Assembly: GCF_004010195.1 (NCBI RefSeq)
Contig: NC_057718.1
Coordinates: forward strand, 55,336,196-55,369,581
Direction of reading: 5' to 3'
Origin: Chiloscyllium plagiosum
Taxonomy: Eukaryota
Length of the DNA stretch: 33,386 bases
Position 1 is the stretch's first letter. Each line of letters starts with the position of its first letter. The notes below the pieces were generated by a model. That model searched no databases. It had not been told where the DNA came from and saw nothing but the letters and a program-made list of their open reading frames with translations. A program made the position numbers and the translations under genes. Below are positions 23,380-33,386 of this stretch, one piece after another.

Positions 23380-24452
23380 TAGTCGTACTTAACTAAAAAA
23401 GCTAAAGCTAGTATTAAGCTTAAAGAGAAAGCATATACAGAGGAACCTTGATTATCCATACGAAACTGGCAAGAGTATTTTGTAAAGGTAATCGAATGTT
23501 CGGATAATTGAATGCCGGATAACACAGTTTAGCCAAGCATCAGGACCTTGCGACCTTACTCGGATAATCCAAAATTTGGATAATCGAATGCTGGATAATT
23601 GAGGTTTCTTTGTAATTGTGGAAAGAAGAGTGGCAGATCAGAGGAAAAAGTAGCAACACACGCCTAAAAGATTAAGGAGGAGGAAAATGTTAGAGTGCAA
23701 GAGGAAGCTAGCCAGAACATAAAAAATAGAGTAAGAGTTTCCAAGGGTATTTAAAAATGAGATGACAAAGGGAGTATAGATCTTATGGGAATTGATAATG
23801 GGAAATAGCAGAGAAATTAAATAAATATTTTGCATTGATCTCACCATGGTGGGTATAAGTAACATCCCAGAAATAGTTGTAAATCCACTGCAAATCAGAA
23901 AATAGTTAAAAGGTACGGAACAAGTACAATCAAGTAATCAGGAGCATAAGTTGCATTATTGAAATGAACGTGAAGCACACAAATAAGGCAGTCTCAGTAC
24001 ACTTATAAAAGGTTTGGTCAGATCGCACTTGAATTTTTGTGTGCAGTTTCAGTCTCCACATTTAAGGAAAAATATACTTACATTAGAGGCAGTGTATTAA
24101 CTCATTGGATGAAAGGATTGTCTTATGATGAAACACTAACTAAATTCTGAGTGCACTCTCTGGATTTTACAAGGGTGAGAGATGATGCTCTAATTAAAGC
24201 TCATTAACCTGAAACCTTAATTCTTTTTTTCTTCCCCTAGATTCTGCCAGATTTGCTGAGTATTTCCACTGAAAAGCTTTGATAAATTCGCTGCAAGTTA
24301 GTTTCCCCTAGCTGGACAGATACTTGGCGTCTCAGGAAGTTGAGAGATATGGGGAGAGGACAGGAAGGTAGAGATGAAACTGAAGATTACTTGTGATAGT
24401 ATAGAATGGCAGAACAGGCTTGATGGACCTTATGGTTTACTCCTGCTTCTAA
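23380..24452 (+). mobile_element. Heavily decayed and deleted CR1 LINE with nested inserts
   Basis: KLKEKAY; ggtcagatcgcacttgaatttttgtgtgcagttt (RxHLExCVQF); tail gaatggcagaacaggcttgatggacc..tggtttactcctgct. Confidence 0.6.
23438..23612. mobile_element. pogo/Tigger-like MITE (Tc1/mariner superfamily)
   Basis: TA|cagaggaaccttgattatcc ... ggataattgaggtttctttg|TA: imperfect 20-bp TIRs, TA TSD and internal ggataa repeats. Confidence 0.85.
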
Positions 24453-27384
24453 ATCTTGCGATGTTTTGTTCAACCTCATCTGCTGATCACAGACCTTCCA
24501 ATTTGTCCTTCCTCAGCTTTTCAACACCTCCGTTCTAGCTTAAAACCTGTTAAATCTTTAAATTTCTCCAGCTTTGATTAAAAAAATCTAAAGGATTTGT
24601 TCTGTGTTTCTCCTACACTGGTACTTTATTGTCAGTATTTTCAGTTATCATTTCAGATTTGCAGCATTTGCTTTTGTATTGCATTTGTATTTGCTTTTGT
24701 ACTGGGTGTTCTGCTGTTGATGTGCTAAACTGTATATTGTAAACTGCTGATTTATATTTGATACTCTAAATGCTTAGTTACTACTCTTGGTCTTTACTTT
24801 GTCTCTTGCATGCATCCACCTGCCTACTCACTTATCCCCACCAGTACACATGTATATATGTTCATGTACACATGCTTACCTGCTTGAGACTTGGTTGGAC
24901 TACTTAAATATAATGTTATACTGTGATAAAGCTTTTATTGATTTAGTAGTTTTTCTATCTATGTTATGTATAAAGTGCATTCATCAGAACTATATTAATT
25001 TTGATCACGAGGATAATTGTGTCAGTTCACTTTCGTAAAAGGAAATGAGGCACTATAAATGACAAATGAAGCAAAGGTTTTAAAAGTAACTGCAATTATA
25101 AAGCTTCTCAAAACTAACATTGTCTAAAATTTTGTTTCATACTGTGTTCAAGCACAATTGATAGGATTATATGCAAGATTTTTGAGATTCGTATTTGAAA
25201 GCAGCTATGTCAAATGTTTCTTTTTGTATTCATATTTTAATGACATTTTTGGTTCTGATATTATGACCCTAATGTTGGGAATCTCAAAATACAATATTGC
25301 ATTGTATGATCTAATTAATTTTTAGCATCAGTTTTCTTTTTAAAATAAGTCTGTTTGCTGGCTGCTTCTACAATACACAGTCTTCTGAAGGGTGTTGTAG
25401 GTTGGTGAAAGGAGCAATAAAATATACTTGTACGTTTTAAGTTTTCCCTTTATCATTTTATTTCTACAGATCTTCAGGGAGGGAGAAGATAGGTTATGAA
25501 TTAGGTTAACCAAATAACAACCACATTTTCTGCTAATGATATTGATGCAGTAACTGAAATCCTTAATGTGGTAACTCTAAACTGTGTGCTATTTCCGTCA
25601 AGAGGAAACTTCCTTTTGTGTTACTTGAAGATAACACTCAGTGACTACTTATTATCAATGCAAATGTTTGTGCAGTTTCCTTTTTCCTGTGTTAGTTCTT
25701 CATAGAATATGTTCTGTTTCTTTGCCCCTGGGAAAACATTCACATAAATATGCAAGATAAATAACACCCCACCTATATCTTGTAGTTTTCCCCTGAGTTT
25801 CTTGAATAACTAAAATAAAATACTATTTATTCGTAAGTTTCTTAAGTGACAGTGGGAACTTTTAAGATGAACAGATTTGAGTCATGTTGACAGCTGTTCA
25901 TATACCCTATCACACTTAATAGCTGACTAGTTCTAAGGTCTTAAAAGTTTGACTTTAGATGTGCAGTTTGCCAGTGATGTCAAAATTATCCTGATGTCAT
26001 GTTATGCAGTAGATGCCTTTAATATATCAAGGAGAAATAATAATATCAAACAAACATTTAATCTTTGCATTTATTATCCTTTTTAATACTTTTTTTAAAA
26101 ATAGTGTAAGATATAAAGAGAAAGATAGAGTTTGAATGTTATATTTCATAATTACTCAGTTTTATAACTTGTCTTTCACAATTAGTCAGTTAGCTGGCTG
26201 ACACTTGTCTCTCATCATGAAAACAAGGTCAGTATAAAGAGTATTCAAATTATGCCAGCTGTTGATTTATTTGCAGGTGTGGTTGAGGAAAATGTATTTA
26301 GCACTCCAGAACTGTGGGACCATTCTATTAATATTCTGATTTGCAGCTACCAGTACTTGTGCCTATTAAAAAAAAGTACTTAACCAATGATACACACAGC
26401 ATTCCTAGAGCCAATAAGAAGCAATATTATATGCTTTTGGGTATAGCCCATTTTATGTTTAGTCATAGCACTAGTGTTCTGTAATTAGTTTTTAAATTAA
26501 TTTTCTATTTCTATTTAATTCAGGTAATAGAATAGATTTTCAGTGTCAGACCTACTATGGAATGCTTAGATTGAAAAGCTAATTTATTTGTTTCTCAAGC
26601 CTCAGTTGAAACTCACTTGGTGCATTATTTGTTGCTTAGCAGCACTATTTGAATTATTGTCAAAACAATGGTACTTGTGTGGCCCATAAATATTCTAAGC
26701 ATATCACTCCTCCATTGGCTTGAAAAAGCAGCAGAATTTGCTATGCAGTAGTTTAAAAAGAAACATTGTCTTTTAACGTGACTCGGGCTTTGATCAGATT
26801 TAGGCATTGTGTTAAATGTGTGAGGAAACTGATATTTGTAAAATGCTGTAGACTACACATGCATTGCAAGTCTGTCAGTAAGGACTGTAATATCTATTTT
26901 TGAGCTCAACTATGTTTGATGTGAATTTCTATTTCAGTGGTACCACCCAACTGTATCCATTACCCTTTTCAATTCTAATTACTAAATCAATCATGGCACA
27001 GAGATCAGCTGTAGCCATGGAAGTTAATATGCAATCACAAGCATTGAAATGGTAGGGATTATATGATACATTCTTCTCGTGCATTAAACTTGATTTCCCT
27101 AATTTTCAACATCCTTAGCTAAGGTGTAAGGATTCCGGTTTTATTAAAACCCAACTAAAAATGCTGAATTTCAAAATGAAATTGATAACAATAAACACTA
27201 GAAATCAAGGTACAAAGCATTCCTGGAAAATGAACTCCTACTTGCATGATTGTGAAGGGAAAGTAGGACCAAGGGGTTCATTCTGTACATAGTAGCTTGT
27301 CTACATTAATTATGTGTTTACTGACTCAGCTGTGCCAGATTCATTATGAATCTATCAAATCTCAGACGCCATGTGAACCAAAAA

Positions 27385-27562
27385 CTGCAGAAGATTACTC
27401 TAATTTTAACATGAGAAATCAGAAAATTTTGATTTCCAAATCAACATCATAGCACCAATATAAAGTGACCCATTTTTTTACAATATCAAAGGTGTCTGAG
27501 GTACTCTGCTAGAAATTACTCTAATTTTAACATCATGATATGAGAAATCAGAAAATTTTGAT
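27385..27562 (+). repeat. Direct repeat of about 50 bp flanking a segment that is duplicated at 28791-28846
   Basis: attactctaattttaacat..gagaaatcagaaaattttgat occurs twice; the spacer matches 28791-28846. Confidence 0.9.
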
Positions 27563-28529
27563 GTAGGAGTCATAAATATAGCAATAATTCTAATCACAGG
27601 AAACATTGCAATATATAGTTAACGTGTTGAATTTCCAAATGTAACCCATGATGAAAGACATGTGATCCTAGTGTCCTTTGTTAAGACATTGATTGGTTCA
27701 AAAACTAGTCTGAAGCTGAAGATGTTGAACCTGTATTTGCCCATGCCGTTTTTAGATTAGAGTTGGTCTAAGTCATGGTAATTTGTTTTCTCCCTGAGGT
27801 CCGGTGCTTAAATTGACTCCTTGCTATAATGTAAAGTGAGAGACTAATTTGAATTGATTAAATGCCTCAGATGTATTGGAATCCACCATTTTCTGTACTT
27901 GGCATTCAATGGCACTAGAAGATTTAGAAGTTGAGCCTTATTTTGCTATCCATTGCAGTCCTGATCCAAAATCTGTTTCTACATTTGTGAACAATGAATT
28001 CAAATAACATCAGAAAATGTAGGATGATTTACCTTTTTTTAAAAAATCTGAATGTGCATGAAAGCTAAATCAAAAGCTAAATCAAAAGTACAGCTTGTTG
28101 CAGATTAGAAATTAATGTAAATCTGCTATTGTATTTCTGGCCTGATCTTTAAGAGCAACCAACCCTCCACTTTGAACTTACATTGTAATCTGTCTCTCAG
28201 CAAGCCAGTTGGAAATTAGACTAAGCTATGTAATGTCTGCACAGACAGGCTGTGATTGTTTAATTAGTGTATATGTATAAAATATTGACTGATAAAGTGA
28301 TGTTAGATATGATCTTTGCATGCTCTTATCACGATGTACCTTACATTATATAGCACTTTCAAATAAACATACTTTTCAAGCAATTCACAGACCCCATATT
28401 ACAGGAGTTACAAAGCATTAAGCATTGCACATTTACTTTGGTTTAGACAGATTGGCAGTTAAGAAAATCCAATTTTTTAAAAATTGCTCTAGCCTTAGTA
28501 AATCTAGTGAAATTAGGTTAGAATACATT

Positions 28530-28775
28530 AGAGACAAAAGAAATGCAGATGCTGGAATCCTAACTAGACAAGTAGGAGACTGGGAGAACAAAGCAAACCA
28601 GGCAGTATCAAGAGGTGGAGAAGTTGAAGTTTCAGGTGTAACCCTTCTTCAGGACTTGGGGTGAGTGTAGAGGGAGCTGCAGATAAAGTGGGTGGCAGAG
28701 AGAGAGTGGTGAAGTGGGGATAGATGAAGGTAGGCAGTGGTTAGAAACAAAAACTAATTGCAGATGCTGTGATTA
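28530..28775 (-). mobile_element. Penelope pLTR fragment with a hammerhead-like core
   Basis: Minus strand AAGTC-CTGAAGA-A-GGGT-TAC-ACCT-GAAA-CTTC-AACTT; tgcagatgctggaatc terminus. Confidence 0.7.
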
Positions 28776-28964
28776 GAGACAAGTGTCAGAATAGCACCGA
28801 TATAAAGTGACCCATTTTTTTTACAATACCAAAGGTGTCTGAGGTATATTTTGCTTACTATTTAGCAATCTTTCACAGAATGGTTCTTCATGAAGAACCA
28901 ATCAGAAAGGATTGAAGCTTCACATATCCATTATTCTGATAAGATGATGGTTTATTTGCAAACT

Positions 28965-30075
28965 GAGATAGAGTCATAGAGATAGAAAGCATGGAAACAT
29001 GCTGACCAGATATCAGAAATAAATCTAGCCCCATTTGCCAGCATTTGGCCCATATCCCTGTAAACCCTTCCTCTTCAAATACCCATCCAGATGCCTTTTA
29101 AATGTTGTAATTGTACTAGCCCCCACCACCTCCTCTGGCAGCTCATTCCATACGCGTACCACCCTCTGTGTGAAAAAGTTGCCCCTTTTAAATCTTGCCC
29201 CTTTCATCTGAAACCTGTGCCCTCTGGTTTTGGACTCCCCGTCCCAGGGAAAAGACCTTGTATATTTACCCTAGTCATGTCCCTCATGATTTTATAAACC
29301 TTTCTATAAGATCACCCCTCAGCCTCTGACGCTCAGGGAAAATAGCCCAAGTCTATTCAGCCTCTCCCTATAGCTCAAACCCTCCAACCCTGGCAACATC
29401 CTTGTAAATCTTTTCTGAACCCTTTCAAGTTTCACAGCATCCTTCCTGTAGCAGGGAGAACAGAATTACATGCAGTATTCCATTAAAAAAATCGCACATC
29501 ATCAGGTTATAGTCCAACAGGTTTATTTGGAAGCATTAGCTTTCAGAACGCTGCTCCCTCATCAGGCACTTTGAAAACTAGTGCTTCAAAATAAACCTGT
29601 TGGACCATCACCTGGTGTTGGGTGATTTTTAACTTTGTCCACCCTAGTCCAACACTGGCTCCTCCACATCACAGTTTTCCAATAGTAGCCAAATCAATGG
29701 CTTGAACAGCCGCAACATGACCTTCCAAGTCCTATATTCCATGCACTGACCAATAAAGGAAAGCGTACCAAATGCCTTCATCACTATCCTGTCTACCTGC
29801 AACTCTACTTTCAAGGAGCTATGAACCTGCAATCCAAGGTCTCTTTGTTCAGCATTAAGTGTATAAGCCCTGCCCTGATTTGCTTTACCAAAAATGCAGC
29901 ACCTCAGATTTACCTAAATTAAACTCCAACTGCCACTCCTTGTCCATTGGCCCATCTGATCACGATCCTATTGTACTTTGAAGTAACCTTCTTTGCTGTC
30001 CACTACGCCCCCAGTTTTGGTGTCATCTGCAAACGTACAAACCATTCCTATGTTCACCTCCAGATCATATATATA
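28965..30075 (-). mobile_element. CR1/HER1 LINE 3' portion (about 0.9 kb), interrupted at 29483-29671
   Basis: NFFTQRVVRVWNELPEEVV; QVHSSLKVELQVDRIVMKAFGTLSFIGQ; FADDTK; tail gatagagtcatagag. Confidence 0.92.
29483..29671. mobile_element. Fold-back mini-element of a second Penelope-like family
   Basis: Inverted arms of about 60 bp at 29485-29545 and 29572-29631; TSD-like cagtattcca / cagttttcca; CTGATGA..GAAA core on the minus strand. Confidence 0.82.
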
Positions 30076-30491
30076 AATGTCTATCTGCTTCTGGGATTTA
30101 CTTATTGTAGAAATAATGAAAAGGTTATATTCTGAGAATATATAAATGCTGGAAGTATAGAGTGCTGTTTGAACTGATATCAGGGACTTAGTGCCTGGCA
30201 GTAAGGCAAAATGCGGAATTGGGGTGTTTTTCAGTCAGAGCTAGCCTCTGGTGGGAAACTGATTAAATTTCAGATTTTCATTTGAAGGATCCCTGAATTG
30301 AGATGACTTACAGCTAGCTGGGTCAGATGAACTGTGGACCTAATTTGGAATGCCCACAGCAGCCATCATTTGAGGGAACTGAGATGTTACAGAGAAATCT
30401 GGAAATACCTGTTTTGCAGGCTTAATGACAAGTAGTCCTTTGAAATGCTGAACAATGATTAAACAAGCATTTTGGTTGTTTTCATTTACAG

Positions 30492-30643
30492 ATGAACGTG
30501 AAGCTGTTCAAAAGAAGACTTTCACAAAATGGGTAAACTCACACTTGGCACGGGTGTCTTGCAGAATCACAGATTTGTACACAGACTTGCGCGATGGCCG
30601 AATGCTGATCAAATTACTTGAGGTGTTGTCAGGAGAAAGACTT
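30492..30643 (+). CDS. SPTBN1: Internal coding exon (152 bp; phase 1 in, phase 0 out) of non-erythrocytic beta-spectrin 1, N-terminal part of the CH1 actin-binding domain
   Basis: Translates (D)[50 protein letters not shown]. Acceptor ttttcatttacag| ends at 30491 and donor |gtaagt starts at 30644. EAVQ, LYTD and GERL match SPTBN1 as I recall it, rather than SPTB (EVVQ, LYKD, GEML) or SPTBN2 (VTCRVGDLYSD). Confidence 0.93.
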
Positions 30644-30919
30644 GTAAGTATTGAATTGCCAAAAAACCAATAATATGTTCTATTTTTCTCACACATGCTT
30701 GTAAACTATGGAAGAATATGTATATTAAATTAAAATTTAATACATAAATTGCAGCTTCAGTTGTAACCTTTTGAGAAGGAAAGAATGGCTTTAATTACAG
30801 CAACAGTTTTGCTTCGGGCTGAAAGTAATTTCATTATTTATTAAAAGTTATTCTGACTAGTAAAAATATTTAATAGTGATTTTTTTTAAAACGAATATTC
30901 CTTGGCTTTCTGGAGATGA

Positions 30920-31010
30920 TGTCCTTTAGCTCAGTTGGCTGGGAAGCTAGAATGTGGCACAGAATAATGTCAACAGCATGAGCTTGATGCTTACATCAAC
31001 TGAGGTATTA
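30920..31010 (+). mobile_element. Possible ancient tRNA-derived SINE head
   Basis: tagctcagttggctgg...gtcaacagcatgagcttgat...actgaggt. Confidence 0.35.
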
Positions 31011-32479
31011 CTTGTATCTTGCTCCTCCCCTTACCCCTTTTGTGATATCATGGCATATTCCATTATTAACAAATCTTGGATTTTGACGATGCTACTGAAA
31101 ATACCAAATCTCTTTATTTTGCGTTGTTTTTAATCGTGGATTGAATAGAACAAGTACCATTGCTAAAATCAAGGCTTTTGGAAAGGGTTGCTACACCTTT
31201 TAAAAGGAATCTTCCAATATGTATTGCTGTAAATGTTGTTTACATTGCTGTTATACAAGTAATAGTGTGGAGGTTACTGCAGCTGAGCTGGAGCTAGGGC
31301 TAGGGATATGTACAAAGGAAGATTAAGCAAGCAACAAATAGCTGTTTGATCGGTGGGGTAGTGATAAGTCGTTGATGATCTTCTGCCTGCCAATAACTAC
31401 ATAATTGGCTCATGTTGCTGAACAACTTGTGGTGTGAATGTTAAGATGAAAAGCCATTGGACCTTCAGAAAGGTTTCTGCCCGTACTCTACAGTAAAAGA
31501 AAACACCCATAGCCTGAAGAAAGTCAGTTTATTTTCCCTCATGAATTGCTGTAAAGTGTTGTCTTTAGTCAGTAATTCAGGTACCTTCTAATTTGAGAAC
31601 GAGTTGTACCTCCTGCAAGAAAATGAAAAACACTGGGGGAAAGAGATCAATGAATAGCAAGCCCTGACAAGTCAAAAGAATAACCTCAGTAAACCCCGTG
31701 GACAGGAACAATTAAATTGTCTTTCCAGCTTGTCCCTTCACCTGCTTTTGTCTGTTTATATATGTCCACATGCATGTAAGGGGAGTTTTATAAGGGGTTT
31801 ATATGTTGATGGTTCTTTGTTTTTCCTGTAGCTATAAACAATTTACAGTATTTGAAATAAATAATAACCTCTAAGTGCAGAAACCTGGTCCATGCTTTCT
31901 ATTAACCTGGGTGCAAAAGACAGGTAAACTTGTGAGTTTTGCATTCTTTTTGATTTCCAGAGCACCACTCCAGTGAGATATGATAGTACATCAAGAGCAT
32001 GATGCAAAAAGAGCTCAGCGTCATCATTTTATTTTTGCTGTTAAAATTTTGAATGAAAGCTCTTAGCATGGCCATTGCTGAGCTCTGGTGCCATATTTTC
32101 TATCTGGTGTGCTTTAATAAAATATGAACTTAAAAATGTTACATTTGAGATGTAATATTTATCAGAGTAAGTCCATGTGTAGCACTGGCCTTACAGGTTT
32201 CAGCTATTCAAAGAATCCTACAGAAATCTTAGACGTGAGATTGCTTGAGGGAAGAAAGCTATTCCAAATGCATAAATAAAATTATTAATAGTTATTGTGC
32301 CATCATTTAAGGTCATCACAGTTATTACTTTTAATTGTCCTTGTTTATGATTTAAACAGTTTAAATTTGAAACTTGGGAACAGATCTTGAGATTGAAAGT
32401 TGGAGTTGAGAGGCAGGACCAATCACACCACTATGGTCCCATCTCTGTCAGGCTGCCAAAAACAGGATTTTCCCAATGG

Positions 32480-32910
32480 AAGGGACCACTTTGTGCCAGA
32501 GTTAGGCAGACACAAAGCAGGATGGCACTGGAGCAGGCCTACCAACCAGAACTGGGCATCTCACCATATCCTCCCAGCATCAGGCTGCTCAGCTACCCTG
32601 GACTTTGAGATCCTGCACAAGGTCTAGTACTCAATTTCCTCCTTTGGGAAATTGCTGTAAGGAATCTTCACTAACCACCACCTGCAGACATACACGAAGG
32701 TTGCTGGCTAAAAGAGAATTATCCTCCCAGTGCTCCTGTGACTGGAAAGCCTGAGACATTTTGTTGATACCTGAGAAAGCTTGAGACATATCACTGCACA
32801 AAGATGAGCATTCCCCCAGGAGGTAGGCATCTTGAACATAGAGGTAACCATTCCTAGACAGCAGCTGCACAAGTCTCTGCATCAAAATGCCAAATACTTA
32901 CCTTTTAACA
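32480..32910 (+). mobile_element. Highly decayed RTE-clade LINE remnant
   Basis: ATLDFEILHKV*YSISSFGKLL*GIF.NHHLQTYTK...IILPVLL; LRKLETYH; ILNIEVTIPRQQLH..KMPNT resemble RTE post-RT motifs. Confidence 0.55.
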
Positions 32911-33282
32911 TGCACTCTTGACTCTCATCTAGCTCCTGAGAGAACAAATATTTTTTTAGGTACCCTAGTCCCTACTTGAAGATTGGCTTCGACCCCAGTA
33001 GTTAGAAAAAGAATGCACTGGACTATGCATGATGGGAAGATCTGCTTCATCAAGGTGTAGCTTTCTTCGAAGCGAATGATGAACAAAGAAGAATGAGAGT
33101 AAGAAGAAAGCTCAAGAAAGCACACAACCCCTTGTTGACCATTGATTGACCATTAAACTTGACTAATGATTGACTGCCTGTGTGGAATATGCATTTAGAT
33201 TATTTTGATGCTGTTTGTTCCTTAGACTTTTACTTCCATTTTCCTTCACCTCTGCATTTCACTGACCTCACTCCTATCTCTT

Positions 33283-33386
33283 AAGGAGAAAGTGAGGTCT
33301 GCAGATGCTGGAGATCAGAGCTGAAAATGTGTTGCTGGAAAAGCGCAGCAGGTCAGGCAGCATCCAGGGAACAGGAGAATCGACGT
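33283..33386 (-). mobile_element. Penelope pLTR fragment, cut by the window end
   Basis: ggagaaagtgaggtctgcagatgctggagatcagagctgaaaatgtgttgctggaaaagcgcagcagg...aatcgacgt; same family as 7346 and 3197. Confidence 0.85.

Larger units (their letters stand above)
1..30491 (+). other. Long intron upstream of the SPTBN1 CH1 exon (over 30 kb; upstream exon not in window)
   Basis: No other spectrin-like exon recognised; the region is repeat-rich and non-coding. Confidence 0.7.

Noticed and set aside
23490..23600. Repeated ggataa(t) motifs as a CRISPR-like array
   Set aside because: Eukaryotic context, irregular spacing, and they lie within MITE TIRs.
25441..25498. Possible micro-exon (ttctacag|23 nt|gttatg)
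   Set aside because: Weak donor, frame-shifting length and an in-phase stop; no supporting evidence.
28061..28088. 12-bp tandem duplication aaagctaaatca
   Set aside because: Ordinary slippage duplication.
30455..30673. 72-aa ORF as a standalone gene
   Set aside because: The flanking residues are intronic; canonical splice sites delimit 30492-30643.

Overview
AT-rich vertebrate genomic DNA, almost certainly from a shark (inferred from HE1-type V-SINEs and HER1/CR1 LINEs). The window is mostly a long intron of the beta-II spectrin gene SPTBN1 on the + strand. The only host coding exon found is a 152-bp exon at 30492-30643 encoding the start of the first calponin-homology domain. The rest is a dense set of decayed mobile elements: CR1/HER1, Zenon-like CR1, L2, Rex1/Babar and RTE LINE fragments, HE1 and Deu-type SINEs, a pogo/Tigger-like MITE and many Penelope-like (PLE) fragments. 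Most interesting: (i) minimal hammerhead-ribozyme motifs in several PLE termini, one nearly intact, plus short TSD-flanked fold-back mini-elements with the motif at the hairpin apex; (ii) the same SINE/LINE chimeric junction present twice, inverted and about 5 kb apart; (iii) an apparently locally templated insertion; (iv) candidate recursive splice sites. Family names come from remembered consensus sequences, not database searches, and repeat boundaries are approximate.
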